DNA of 64,000 nt from assembly GCF_009914755.1 (NCBI RefSeq), contig NC_060926.1, one strand, 5' to 3'. The notes under the pieces were generated by a model. It saw only the letters and a program-made list of their open reading frames with translations. It was not told where the DNA came from and did no database searches. The stretch's first letter is position 1, and each line of letters opens with the position of its first letter. The position numbers and the translations under genes are program-made. This document shows positions 15,593 through 35,965 of this stretch, piece after piece. The stretch is from the human T2T-CHM13v2.0 reference genome, Homo sapiens.

Positions 15593-17862
15593 CTCCTAGG
15601 AATCTTTGCTATGGCAAGGGGGCTTACTAATGAATGACAAAATAAATTACAACAGCTCTTGGGGAACATGCCTAGCACCTCTCAATCTCCCATCTTGCGT
15701 CAAGAGGGAAACCTGAGGGGCCCAGGGGACTCCCACTGGGCCTCCCGGCCCTGCTGGTTCCCCTTCTCTCCCCACTTCTTCTTGGGGCTGGGTTCCACAC
15801 TTGTCACAAAGGAGGGGAGTGTCCCCCTTGCCAGTGGACAGATCTGTGTGGGCTGGTGATGGCAGAGCTGGCCTAGGTAGGGCACTGAGTTGGGGGTGGC
15901 TGGTGGGGGTAGTGGGGCGTGGAAACAGGATGTCCACCGCAGGCCCCTCTCTGAAGGAGCTGGTGAGGGCTGGAGCGCTCAGGAGGGAAACTTCCATAGT
16001 TTCTAGGGTAGAGTCCTAGGGGCAGAGGGAAGGAAAGGGTCTGGCTGGTGTGAGTGGTGGCTGATCCAGAGAGGCTGTCGCCCAGCCCAGGACCTGTGGC
16101 TCCCAGCCTGCCCTTCTCCCCAGGTCCTGCACTCCCTAAGGACAGCTGCCATCATTTGTAGACTCTAAACTGGTGTCATTGCTTTGGTAAGAATGAGGAT
16201 ATTTATGAGACAACAGAGCAGAATATTTGAGAGAAGGGCTGTCTGGTAGCACAGAGGTGTCTGTTCCCCTGGGACACCTGAACTCCGATACTACCTGCCC
16301 CCAAGTTGTCACTCATTTCCTCCCCTCAGCTGGGGTGGGTGGGAGGTTGTGTGGGTCCCTACATCTCAGTTCGATTTCAGCCTGAAATAAAAAGCCAACT
16401 TGTCACCCTTAGTCTTCCTAGGGATGGGATGCCTTCCTTGGAAAGAGCTTCTGGTTCTGCTTGAACTTTTAGGTGGTCAGTGTAGCATAGATGGTAGTGA
16501 GTTTATGTTGACTGTGAACTTTTGTTTCAAAGCACACCTGGGCAGAGACAGGTGGGTTGATGCCGAGAAGGCTGAAAGGGAGGAAGTGTGAGCCAAGGGA
16601 AGAGATGAACGTGTGTCTGAGAAGGGGGGGACCAGGGCAGCCCGGCAAGAAGAGGCCGTCACTGGCAGCCGCTCTGTCACTGCTGGGGAAAGAATGCCCA
16701 GGGCGCTCTGGCAGTGAGTGTGGGGCTGCCACAGGGAGGAAGGGCTGGGAGGCTGTGGGGAATGCACTTAAGGCTGGATCAGGAGGCAGTCAGAAACGTC
16801 CAAAACCTGGGGGCATGCTGGTGTGGGGGAGTGGTGGGCGGGGAGAGGAAGGGATGATGATGAGTTCTCAGACATCTTGGGCAGCCAGTTGGAGGGAAGC
16901 TGGGCTGGCAAGGCTGACTTTGGGAACTGCTTTGTATCTGGAATTTTCTGACCAGTGTAGAAGTTGTCTCCTGAGTTGCTGTTCTGTAAGAATGTATTAT
17001 ATAACTTCTTGCCTAATTTGTGGCTGAGGGTGGCATTGCTGATAAACCTACTAACATGGCCCCTTGAGCATGATAGGGGTAGGGAGTTGAGGCTCCCAGC
17101 CCACAAGGAGCTTCCCATGCAGCTGGTGAGGCAGCGCAAGTGCTCAATGAGATGCGAAGCTGCAGAGAAGCGTCCATGTGGGAGGTGCCAAGAGGATGGG
17201 ATCAGGGAGGGCTCAAAGTGGACTTCTTGGAGGAGGAAGGAGATTCTCAGATGGAGAAAAAGGACAGGTTTCCAAGATTATGAGAACACTGTAAGCAAAG
17301 GCACCAAGGCGTGGAAAGTTTGGGGGATGGGGAGAGATGAAAGGACACTAAGCTTTGCATACAGAAGACACTCAAAGTAAGGAAGGAAGGGTAGGAGAGT
17401 GGGAAGAAGGAAGAGGGAGCTGAGAGCTGGTCTCAAAGGGATGCGGGCAGGTCTCTGGTTTGACCACCCCCCATGAGCCAAGTTACAAAAGCACCCTAGC
17501 TTGAGGAGCCCCACAGTGGACCCTCAGCTCACCAGCCTCTGTCTTAGGCTTACTCACAAACATGAAGCTGGAGCTAAGAAACAGGCATGTGACTGCCTGC
17601 CCACCCTTGTTTGTCCTCCTCTAGGGCCTAGTGTCACCAGTGCCTTGCTGGGTAGCAGCTGCTCTAGTTCCCTGATGGAGATGGGGCTGTTTGTCACTCT
17701 GGGGTGACTGAGGGGCCAGTAACCCTCCACCAAGATGGCAGCACAGCCAGACAGGAGGGCTTTTGTCTCATCTTGATCCTCCTGGGAGGCCTGGCCATGG
17801 CCCGAGTTTGCTCAGTGTTAATTATTGACCAGGTACCCAGGGACAGGGCCCCGCTGTCCAGC

Positions 17863-17942
17863 TGGATGGAGGGCACATGGGTCTGGGGCCTGGGCCTCCC
17901 AGTGGATGGAGGGCACATGGGTCTGGGGCCTGGGCCTCCCAG
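17863..17942. repeat. Perfect 2 x 40-bp tandem duplication
   Basis: tggatggagggcacatgggtctggggcctgggcctcccag twice. Confidence 0.97.
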
Positions 17943-18539
17943 GGCATCAGGTGGGGCTCACCTGGGGCCAGGGGAATGGAGGGCGCCGGCCTTGAGTAAG
18001 GATCAAGGAGCCCCAAATGCCTCCCCCACTGCTCCCCAAGTCCAGGATTAAATGTGGTAGAAAGTGCCCAGGCCAGGGTGGCTGGAGATTCTGCATGGAG
18101 AACATCCTCATTCCTACCCTCAGAAGGACAGGGAGGAGGGGGAGAAACACCTTTACCCCAAAAAGGAAGGAGATGGAGGACAGAGAGAAGACCCCAGAAT
18201 GAAGGTGTGAGGGTCCCTGAGCTGTGTGGAGCTGCATGCTTAGACCCGGAGTCCCCACCCGGAGCAGCACATGGCCACAGACACCCTCCTCAGGCCCTCT
18301 GATGGAAAATGCCAGCCCAAGAGGGTGTCAGGAGAGCTGATTCATTCTAGGCCAGAGGGAAGAGGGATGAGAGATCCCCCAGTCCTGGCGGGACCATGAC
18401 CACCTCTGGTTTCTGGCCCTGTGTGAATATGGTCTTGTCCACCCCATCAGGGAGGCCTCAGCCAAGAGCAAGGAGGAAGGTCCACAAAGGGCTGTGTATC
18501 AAGAGGCAGGAGGAGAGGAGAGAGAGTGAGTGATGCTGT

Positions 18540-18745
18540 TTACAGCAGGACCAGCTCTAGTGCTTGTTATATGCGTACGTGATCCTGTTTGATCATCCTA
18601 AACAGTGATGAGAGCAGGGTGCTATTACTATGGCCATTTCATAAACGAGGAAACTGAGGCATAAATCGGGCCACTTGTCCAAGTCCTGGAGCTGGGAAAC
18701 AGCAGAGCAGGGGCAGTCTGATTCCTGACCTGGGTCCGGTATAAC
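18540..18745 (-). mobile_element. MIR
   Basis: ccatttcataaacgaggaaactgaggc...acttgtccaagtc core. Confidence 0.75.
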
Positions 18746-19009
18746 TCTGTTATCTGCAGGGAGCAGGGCAGAGGGGCAATGCAGGAAGGGGAAGGGGCTC
18801 CATGCAGCTGCGGGTTGCAGAGAAGAGGCCCAGCGAGACCAGGCCTCTGGCTCAGGGCATGCCTTTGAGGTGGAGGTGGGGTGGGAATCTGGCTTCTTCT
18901 CGATAGGGAAGGAGAATGTGTGTGCTGGCCTCTGGGTGTCAGGCAAGTGTGTCCCAGGCTGGCTTGCTCCCACAGCCCCCACCTCCTCTTCCCCTGGGGC
19001 TTTACCGGT

Positions 19010-19105
19010 GAGAAGTCAATATTGATGTTTTATGACCCAAGATAAACACACATTTTTTTCCTCCCATGGAGGGTTTATCTGGTCTAGAGGGTTAATCAAT
19101 GACCA
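19010..19105. promoter_or_regulatory. Candidate endoderm/gut enhancer motif cluster
   Basis: TCAATATTGA, TTTTATGAC, AGATAAACA, TTATCT and GGTTAATCAATGACC within ~95 bp of non-repeat DNA. Confidence 0.4.
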
Positions 19106-20859
19106 CTTGGAGGTGGGGGAAGCCTCTGAGAAGAAAGCAGCTATTCAATTCCAGCCCTTTACCCAGCCTCTCCCCTTCCCTCCTCCCCACTACCACCTCC
19201 CCTCCCACCCTCTAGTGGGGACTGACCTGGCCCTGCAAGTGGGTGGGGGCAGGACATTTGGGAATCTGAGGCTGGAGTCCATGTGGGTGCGTTCAGGGGA
19301 CTGTTAAGTAGGATGCATCCAAGGAGAGTGTCCCTAGAGCTGTGTTTGCCCTGAGCACGGTGTTGGCAGGGCAGGTGGGCCCTGCATGTGGCTGTCATGG
19401 GACCAGCCTGGTTAGGAGTGGGAAAGAGAAAATAAGTCTCGTGTCACAGAGCACTCAGAGATGACACAAGATAATGCGGGTTGCTCCTCTTGAGAACAGG
19501 GGCACTGGAGCACAGTGTGGGGCCCGACCCTGCCTCTTACCTGCTGTATGGCCTTGGACAGGTGGCTTCACGTCTCTGGGCCTCAGGTGCCTCCTGTCTC
19601 CTCTAGGGTGGTTTTGAGAATCAAACGAGATCCTGTACTTGCAGAGGAGAGAACGCAAATGGACTGTCGCCTCCTCTGCCTTCCTTGGGAAGAGCATCAT
19701 TCATCTCAGGGCTTGTTAGCCTTCTGCCTACAGAAACACAGTGATGGGTCAAGGGTTTAGAAAACTGAGGGCCCCTGAATATGTACGGCTGAGATGAAGC
19801 AAGAACTGAACAGATCTGCGTAATAAAGCGAAAGGAATGCTAATGCTGATGCTGTGAGGGCCGCTCAGGAACGCGGTCAAGGCACAAGAAATGGATGAGA
19901 ACAGAGAGATACCTGGCATCAGGAGAGAGAGGGAGGCTTAGAGAATGTGGTGTGGGGCAGAGTAAGGACCGGCCAAGAAGCAATGCCAGGAAGAGATTCC
20001 CTGTGCTGGGGAGTGACCAACATGTTTTGAAGATGTGATATGTGTTCTTGAAGTTGTTTTTGACCTTGTGCTATAATCACCCCCCATTCCTCCCGAACTT
20101 GACCAAACGTTGGCCACACACAAGAGCCTTGGGTATGTGGTTCATTGGAAGGGATGAAAGAGAGATGGGCGTCAGCTTAGAGAGAGGCGGTTCAGAGAGC
20201 GGATAGCAGGCACAGGCTGACAGCCACAACAAGGAGCAAAGTGACCTTGGAGAGCCCATTGAATTGAAACGCTCACCCCAAAGAACCCTCAGGGATTTTG
20301 GAAAATGGAAGGTGATTCCACAAAACCGGAGAAGTTGAAGACATGAAAGCTAGAGGCACCTTAGTTAAATAGATAAAGGGTGCTTTAGACACAAGTTGCA
20401 CTATAAATGCCCATTATGATGGAATTGAGTCATAGTCTGAGAAAATGGAACTTGAACATATGTGGTCACTTATGCTTCTGGGCACTTGGCTGGGCCTGTA
20501 AAGATGGTAAGATGTGGTCCTCGCCCCTCAAAGAGTTCTTTCAAGAGGAGACAGACTGTAGCAGGCATGACTGATTATCTCCCTACACCCCTGTTTCTCA
20601 TTTGCTAGAATCCCCACGTTTTTAGCTGGGCACATGGCAGCCCAGAATAAGGACTACATTTCATGGTCTCCTTTGCAACTAAGAGTAGCCCTATGACCAT
20701 GTTTTAGCCAGAGGGAGGTTGTCTTAGTCTGTTCCAGTTGCTATAACAAAACACCTAAGTCTGGGTAATTTATAAACAATAGAAATGTAATTTCTTACAG
20801 TTCTGGAGGCCAGGAAGTCCCACTGGCAGATGCAGTGTCTGGTAAGGGCTGCTCTCTGC

Positions 20860-21171
20860 TTTTTTTTTTTTTTTTTTTTTTTTTGAGATGATAGATAGAG
20901 TCTCGCTTTGTTGCCCAGGCTGGAGTGCAGTGGTGCGATCTTGGCTCACTGCAACCTCACCTCCCAGGTTCAAGTGATTCTCCTGCCTCAGCCTCCCAAG
21001 TAGCTGGATTACAGGCACCCACCATTATGCCTGGCTAATTTTTGTATTTTTAGTAGAGACGGGGTTTCTCCATGTTGGCCAGGCTGGTCTTGAACTCCTG
21101 ACCTCAGGTGATCTGCCTGCCTTGGACTCCCAGAGTTCTAGGATTACAGGCATGAGCCGCTGTGCCCAGCC
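20860..21171 (-). mobile_element. AluS element
   Basis: Poly(T) followed by reverse Alu. Confidence 0.95.
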
Positions 21172-21274
21172 ACTTTCTACTCTTAAGATGACACCTTCTT
21201 GCTGTGTCCTCAGACAGTGGAAGGGCAAAAGAAAGGGACTAGGGTGCTCCCTTCAACCTCTTTTATAAGGTCAC

Positions 21275-21911
21275 TGTATTAGTCCATTTGTGTTGCTATA
21301 AAGGAATACCTGAGGCTGTGTAATTTATAAAGAAAAGAGGTTTATTTGGCTCACAGTTCTGCAGGCTGTACAGGCATGGCACCAGCATCTGTTCAGCTTC
21401 TGGCGAAGCCTCAGATAGCTTACAGTCAGAAAGCTTACGGGAAGGAAAAGGGGGAGCCAGTGTGTCCCATGAAAAGACAGGGAGCAAGAGAGAGGAGGAC
21501 GTGCTAGGCTTCTTTAAAGAATGAGCACTCACCCCGTCTCTACTAAAAAAATACAAAAAATTAGCCGGGCACCGTGGCGGGCACCTGTAGTCCCAGCTAC
21601 TCAGGTAGGCTGAGGCAGGAGAATGGCGTGAACCCGGGAGGCGGAGCTTGCAGTGAGCCGAGATCGCACCACTGCACTCCAGCCTGGGTGACAGAGCGAG
21701 ACTCCGTCTCAACAACAACAACAACAAAAACAATCAGCTCTCACATGAACTTAACGGAGTAAGAACTTACTCATTAGCATAGGGAGGGTATCAAGCCATT
21801 CATGAGGGATCTGCCCCCATGACTCAAACACCTCTTATTAGGCCCACCCCAACAGTGGAGGTCTCATTTCAACATGAGATTTGGAGGAAACAAAATATCC
21901 AAACCATGTCA
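21275..21911 (-). mobile_element. MSTA/B-like solo LTR
   Basis: TG...CA termini with exact 5-bp TSD GTCAC (21270-21274 / 21912-21916). Confidence 0.88.
21531..21730 (+). mobile_element. 5'-truncated AluY with (AAC)n tail
   Basis: AluY diagnostics gaatggcgtgaacccgggaggcggagcttgc. Confidence 0.9.
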
Positions 21912-22409
21912 GTCACTAAGCCCATTCATGAGGGCTCTGCCCTTATGACTTAATCACCTCCCAAAGGCTTCACTTTTAATACAATCACACTGGCAATTAA
22001 GTTTCAACACATTAATTTTGGGGGACACATTCGGACCATAGCAGAGGTGAACAGAAGGAATGTATACAACTATTAAATTGCACATTGCCCTGCATCTTCC
22101 GCCCTTCCTGTTCACTGGAATGGGAATTTGGGGGTCAATCATGTTGGACCCTGTGGCTGAGGACAACATTCTGGATGGTGGAGGTTCAAGACAAAAGAAG
22201 CTCAGAGCCCTGATGACTTTGTACAGCAGAACCATCACACCAGCTCAGCTCTCTCATGGCAGAGAAATAAAATTCTCTCTTGTTTAAGCTGCTCTCATGT
22301 GTGGTCTTCTAGTTATAGCTGCCAAAATCTATTCCATAACTAATTCAGTATATCTGAAAGGAGAGTACTGTCATAAAAGAGTCTCATAGACATGACACTG
22401 GCTTCGTAG

Positions 22410-23005
22410 TGCACAGGAAAAATAAAATTCTAAGGCCCCTCAACCAGCTGCATAGACCCCTACTCTCAGCCAAGGGCATTCCAAAGCTCACCTGAAAAGC
22501 TAGTTCAGGCCATGAGGGGAAGGAGAAGCCAGATGTGTCTCATTAACCTCCTCTCTTTTGGAATTACTGCTAGGACAGACTCTTCAAGTTTGATAAGAAA
22601 CATTTACAATCTATTCTCTCCGAAGCCTGTGGTGAAGCTGTGGGGAGGCTTCACCTGCATGGTAAAACCTTGGTTTCCACAACCCCTTATTGAAACCCAG
22701 ACATTCCTTTCTATTGATAACTCTTTCAACCAATTGTCAATCAGAAAATCTTTAAATCTACCTATGACGTAGAAGCCCCTCCACCTCAAATTGACCCGCC
22801 TTTCCAGACCAAACCAATGTACACATTACAGATATCGATGGATGTCTTATGTCTCCCTAAAATATGTAAAAGCGAGCTGTGCCACGACCACCTTGGGTAC
22901 ATATTGTCAGGAACTCCTGAGGCTGTGTCATGGGTGCATCCTTAACTTTGGCAAAATAAACCTTTTAGATGGATTGAGACCTGTCTCAGATATTTTTGGC
23001 TTACA
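22410..23005 (+). mobile_element. MER4-family ERV1 solo LTR
   Basis: Starts tgcacaggaaaaataaaattctaag, ends ggcaaaataaacc...gattgagacctgtctcagata...ttaca. Confidence 0.8.
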
Positions 23006-25047
23006 AAAGTCAGGTGGAGAAGACATCAATATTGCAGACTGGCAAGTGGGTGACCCTCATTGTGCTCTGGCAAAAGACTCAGGAAAACTGTCATCTGTGG
23101 TCCTTTGGCAGGGAGACCACATGATCTCTGAGCCTGTAACTCTAGGACAACTTGAGAATCAGTGAGTATCGACGACTTGCTGCTTTCAGCAAATTCCTGG
23201 AAAAGAGAGGTGAATGCAGTGGGGTTAAACCTGGCCAGTCTGCAAGAAGAGAGGGAAGGGAATATAGTTTGGCCAAGAGAACCCACTGCCTGCTGCCTGT
23301 CATCTAAGTTGACTGGGAGTCTCGGAATTTGGAGCTTTGAAGAGTTAGGAGACCCAAGCGCCTTCTAGATCCCAAATGGAAGCAGCGACCTAAGTTGGTG
23401 CTGCGGAGACAGCCGTAGTGGGAGGTAAGATGATGGCCCTGAGCCATTCTCAGGCTTTACCAGTTAAGAATTCTCTACCAGACAATGGGAGTAAGCCGGC
23501 AGCCAAGATCAGATTAAGGGTGTTCCCTTTCCACCCAAGCCTATTGTCTCAGATGGCCTGAAGATAACAGCCATTCAGCTGAGAGAGGGGTCTGGGGAGA
23601 GCACAGATGCCAGTAAAAACAGAACCAGAGTTTTCAGGCTGGCAAACTCTGTCAAGACAAGACCTTTGGCTGGAGTTACCTGCACATGGAACTGACTAGA
23701 AGCAAATAGTTCGGAAGCCTGAAAGAAGTATGTTCTCCAATGCCCACTTCAGATGTAGGATGATAACCTAATGAGAGCCCCGCCCAGAGGGCAAAACCAG
23801 GGGCCAAAGAAAACACTGGACAAGGGAGTGACTTCCAGAAAATGGAAGAGCAAAGAGTCTTTATAATTTCTGACTGGCATTATTTGGTAATTGCTATAGA
23901 CTGGGGCCATCTGTGCAGTTCCCATTGTTTGATTTTCCGAAAGAGATGTTTTTTAATTGTGGTATGTGGTTCCTGTTCCATCATTCCATCCCACGATATT
24001 CCATCATTATGTGTTAGGGGAGGGTGGGGGCAGATGACGTGTCTTTCAGTGTTCTGGTCTCCAGGCCACAGGTAGCCACGTCCGGGCCTGACTGAGGTGT
24101 GGGGCACAGGACAGTGTGGGACTTGAGATGGTTTTCCTCCAAAGGTAGCGTTTGTCTTTTGTATGTGAAAATAAAAGTGATACCTGGGTGGCTAAATTGG
24201 TGAACTGTGGCAGAGACTGATAATGTACCCCAAGATTCACTTTTCCCTTGCCTCTCATAATAGTCCAGCATCTGACTTTTAGTGAAACGCATGGACCCCT
24301 GGATAAAATGCATTCTCCTGTCTCCTTTGCAGTTATATGTGGCTGTAACTAAGTTCTAGCCAATGGGATGTGAATCAAGTGCTGGTACAAGTCTAGATCA
24401 TGCCATAAAAAGGCAGGAGACGCTGTCCCCTTCCCCTGTCCTGATGGCTGGAAGGTGGACTGTTGGAGAGGCACGCTTGACTGTGGAAGGAGCTTGGATC
24501 TCAACAACATTGCAGAGCTGAACAAGCATGCCAGTTAGGACTTGGATGCGAGAGAGAAATGAACTTGGTTAGACCACTGGTATTTGGGGATTTTCTTGTT
24601 ACAGCAGCGGAGCATTAAACCTAATGTAGTTGCACCTTAATTACTACAATACAATGGAATAAGTGCACTAGTATGGGCATGTGCAAGGCATCATGGGAGT
24701 GCAGTGAAAATGGTGATTAATTAACTCTGTCTGGGAGAAATCTGGGAAGCCTTCCAATAGGGGGTGATATTTGAAATTAGTCTTGAAGGGTAGGAGAATT
24801 TCCCAGATGCACAAGTAATGTGAAAGGGGAGCAGGTACTTGACAGTTGGGCAGTTTGAGCAAAAGCTTGAAATGATGTAAGCACCTGGTGAAAGGTCCAG
24901 AGTCATAAGGAGGGGGACAGGGTCCTGGGAGACAGGACCGTGAGGGAGATGGGGTGGTTGTGAGGGAGCTTGAATGTCCTGTTACAGAGTTTAGACTTTA
25001 TCATTTGGAACCACTCAGGGGCTTGATGAGGAAGGAACGCAATCTGA

Positions 25048-25754
<707 letters not shown>

Positions 25755-26024
25755 TCACATAAGCCAATTCTGATTTCCCACAGAAACAATATATTAATAA
25801 AGGATTATGTTCCTGGCCATGGAACTGATATACAAAATTTTATAGAACTGACCACAAAATCAAACTCAGGCAGCTATCAAGGGTACACCCATAATCTGTA
25901 CATCACAAAATTTTCTAACTAGTATATGAATAATTAAGCAGGGCCACACAGTAATGAAATATTACAATGCATGATGTAATACAATATCCTTAGTCTCATA
26001 TTTCTGCCTTACAAAAGCAATCAG

Positions 26025-28600
<2,576 letters not shown>

Positions 28601-28733
28601 TTTTAAACTATTTTATATACAGAAAACACAAAGAAGGAATTAAAAATTATAACAATCTTGCCACTTAGAGATAATTCCTGGTAATATTTTGGGTGTATAC
28701 ATCGTTAATTGTTCTATGCTTTGAAATATTTGC

Positions 28734-29637
28734 GGGGAGGAGCCAAGATGGCCGAATAGGAACAGCTCCGGTCTACAGCTCCCAGCGTGAGCGACGCAGA
28801 AGACGGTGATTTCTGCATTTCCATCTGAGGTACCGGGTTCATCTCACTAGGGAGTGCCAGACAGTGGGCGCAAGTCAGTCGGTGTGCGCACCGTGCGCGA
28901 GCCGAAGCAGGGCGAGGCATTGCCTCACTCGGGAAGCGCAAGGGGTCAGGGAGTTCCCTTTCCGAGTCAAAGAAAGGGGTGACGGACGCACCTGGAAAAT
29001 CGGGTCACTCCCACCCGAATATTGCGCTTTTCGGACCGGCTTAAAAAACGGCGCACCACGAGATTATATCCCGCACCTGGCTCGGAGGGTCGTACGCCCA
29101 CAGAGTCTCACTGATTGCTAGCACAGCAGTCTGAGATCAAACTGCAAGGCCGCAGCGAGGCTGGGGGAGGGGTGCCCACCATTGCCCGGGCTTGCTTAGG
29201 TAAACAAAGCAGCCGGGAAGCTCGAACTGGGTGGAGCCCACCACAGCTCAAGGAGGCCTGCCTGCGTCTGTAGGCTCCACCTCTGGGGGCAGGGCACAGA
29301 CAAACATAAAGACAGCAGTAACCTCTGCAGACTTAAATGTCCCTGTCTGACAGCTTTGAAGAGAGCAGTGGCTCTCCCAGTACGCAGCTGGAGATCTGAG
29401 AACGGGCAGACTGCCTCCTCAAGTGGGTCCCTGACCCCGGACCCCCGAGCAGCCTAACTGGGAGGCACCCTCCCGCAGGGGCACACTGACACCTCACACT
29501 GCAGGGTACTCCAACAGACCTGCAGCTGAGGGTCCTGTCTGTTAGAAGGAAAACTAACAAACAGAAAGGACATCCACACCAAAAACCCATCTGTACATCA
29601 CCATCATCAAAGACCAAAAGTAGATAAAACCAAAAAG
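28734..29637 (+). promoter_or_regulatory. L1 5'UTR internal sense/antisense promoter, CpG-rich
   Basis: YY1 site CAAGATGGCC intact near the 5' end; many CpGs retained. Confidence 0.85.
29108..29182 (-). pseudogene. L1 ORF0, truncated to 24 codons
   Basis: ATG at 29182 gives MVGTPPPASLRPCSLISDCCASNQ then TGA (CGA>TGA CpG decay). Confidence 0.75.
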
Positions 29638-30658
29638 ATGCGGAAGAAACAGAACAGAAAAACCGGAAACTCTAAAAATCAGAGCGCCTCTCCTCCTCCA
29701 AAGGAACGCAGCTCCTCACCAGCAACGGAACAAAGCTGGATGGAGAATGACTTTGATGAGCTGAGAGAAGAAGGCTTCAGACGATCAAATTACTCTGAGC
29801 TATGGGAGGACATTCAAACCAAAGGCAAAGAAGGTGAAAACTTTGAAAAAAATTTAGAAGAATGTATAACTAGAATAACCAATACAGAGAAGTGCTTAAA
29901 GGAGCTGATGGAGCTGAAAACCAAGGCTCGAAAACTACATGAAGAATGCAGAAGCCTCAGGAGCCGATGTGATCAACTGGAAGAAAGGGTATCAGCAATG
30001 GAAGATGAAATGAATGAAAAGAAGCAAGAAGGAAAGTTTAGAGAAAACAGAATAAAAAGAAATGAGCAAAGCCTCCAACAAATATGGGACTATGTGAAAA
30101 GACCAAATCTACATCTGATTGGTGTACCTGAAAGTGATGGGGAGAATGGAACCAAGTTGGAAAACACTCTGCAGGATATTATCCAGGAGAATTTCCCCAA
30201 TCTAGCAAGGCAGGCCAACGTTGAGATTCAGGAAATACAGAGAACGCCACAGAGATACTCCTCGAGAAGAGCAACTCCAAGACACATAATTGTCAGATTC
30301 ACCAAAGTTGAAATGAAGGAAAAAATGTTAAGGGCAGCCAGAGAGAAAGGTCGGGTTACCCTCAAAGGGAAGCCCATCAGACTAACAAACAGCGGATCTC
30401 TCGGCAGAAACCCTACAAGCCAGAAGAGAGTGGGGGCCAATATTCAACATTCTTAAAGAAAAGAATTTTCAACCCAGAATTTCATATCCAGCCAAACTAA
30501 GCTTCATAAGCGAAGGAGAAATAAAATACTTTACAGACAAGCAAATGCTGACAGATTTTGTCACCACCAGGCCTGCCCTAAAAGAGCTCCTGAAGGAAGC
30601 ACTAAACATGGAAAGGAACAACCGGTACCAGCCGCTGCAAAATCATGCCAAAATGTAA
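29638..30658 (+). pseudogene. L1 ORF1p, frameshifted
   Basis: ORF1p sequence to ...GKPIRLT, then a 4-bp AACA duplication near 30385; native TAA at 30656-30658 (1021 = 1017+4 nt). Confidence 0.95.
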
Positions 30659-30706
30659 AGACCATCAAGACTAGGAAGAAACTGCATCAACTAATGAGCA
30701 AAATAA

Positions 30707-34549
<3,843 letters not shown>

Positions 34550-34829
34550 ACAATGAGAACACATGGACACAGGAAGGGGAATATCACACTGGGGACTGTT
34601 GTGGGGTGGGGGGAGGGGGGAGGGATAGCATTGGGAGATATACCTAATGCTAGATGACAAGTTAGTGGGTGCAGTGCACCAGCATGGCACATGTATACAT
34701 ATGTAACTAACCTGCACAATGTGCACATGTACCCTAAAACTTAAAGTATAATAAAAAATAAAAATAAAAAAAAGAAATATTTGCTTTATTAAATGTTTAT
34801 GTAGCACTTATGATGTGCTAAGCATTGTT

Positions 34830-35705
34830 TATTCCATCAGGTTTACTGAAATATAATTTACATACAATAAAATTCACCCTTATCAAGTGTACAGCTTAGT
34901 GAGTTTTGGCAAATATATATAGGTATGTAACCACCATCACGATCAAAATACAAAATAGATTCATCTCTCCAAGAAGTCCCCTCATTCCCTTTTACAATTA
35001 TTCCCCTCTTCCTACCCCCAGGAATCTCTGGTCTGATTTCCATCCCTATACTTTTGCCTTTTTCCAGAATGACACATATGTGGAATCACAGTATGTAATC
35101 TTTTTGTGTCTGGCTTCTTTCACTTGACATTGCTTTTGAGATTCACCCACATTGTGTATATGAGTACTTTGTTCCCTTTTAGTGTTAAGCAGTATTCCAT
35201 TGTATGGACATACCACAGTATGTTTATCCATTCACCGGTTGATGCACATTTGGGTTGTTTCCAGTTTGGGGCAATTGTGAATAAAGCTGCTATAAACATT
35301 TGTGTGTATTTGTGTGTACATGTGTTTTCATTTCTCTTCCCTAAGTATCAAGAAGTAGGATTGCTGAATTATTTGATATGTGGATATTTAACTTTATAAG
35401 AAACAAAGTGTTTTCCTAGGTGCTGTACCATTCTATATTTCCACCAGCAATGAATGAAAGTTCCAGTTGCTCTGAGTCTTCCTCAGCACTTGGTATTGTC
35501 TGTTTTTTTAATTTTAGCCATTCTGGTTGGTGTGTAATGCTGTTGCCTTGTGGTTTTCATTTGTGTTTCCCTAATAACTAATGAGGTTAAATATCTTTTA
35601 TGTATTTTTTTAAATCTGTGTATCTTTTTTGGTGAAATGTCTGTTTAAATTTTGGGGCTATATTTTAATTAGGTATATTCTTTCTATTGAGGTGTAGGAG
35701 TTCAT
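34830..35705 (-). mobile_element. Old L1M 3' fragment
   Basis: tttactgaaatataatttacatacaataaaattcacc and downstream L1M text. Confidence 0.8.
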
Positions 35706-35754
35706 TCATATATATATATATGTACTTATGTATGTGTGTACATATATGTATATT

Positions 35755-35965
35755 TTGTAGAGTACTGTTTTAAGTGCTTTACAAATATTAATCTTCTTAA
35801 AACCCCTATGAAGTAAGCACTGTTATTTTCCTTATTTTACAGAAGGAGAAACTGCAGTAAAAGAAGGTTGAGTAACTAGCCCATCACTCAGCTAGAACTG
35901 GCCACCAGCGTGGATCCCAGATAGCCCTACTCCAGAGTTGCCCATGCTATTAGCCGTGACGCCAT
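35755..35965 (-). mobile_element. MIR
   Basis: attttacagaaggagaaactgcag...gttgagtaactagccca core. Confidence 0.7.

Larger units (their letters stand above)
20720..22043 (-). mobile_element. MST-family (MSTC/D-like) solo LTR
   Basis: TG...CA termini with exact 5-bp TSD GAGGT (20715-20719 / 22044-22048). Confidence 0.85.
20557..24625 (+). mobile_element. Degraded MLT1 (MaLR) provirus: 5' LTR, internal region, 3' LTR, with nested insertions
   Basis: LTR-like ends (tgtagcagg...; tgtggcagagactga...gttacagcagc...aacctaatgta); internal region similar to 50010-53830. Confidence 0.65.
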
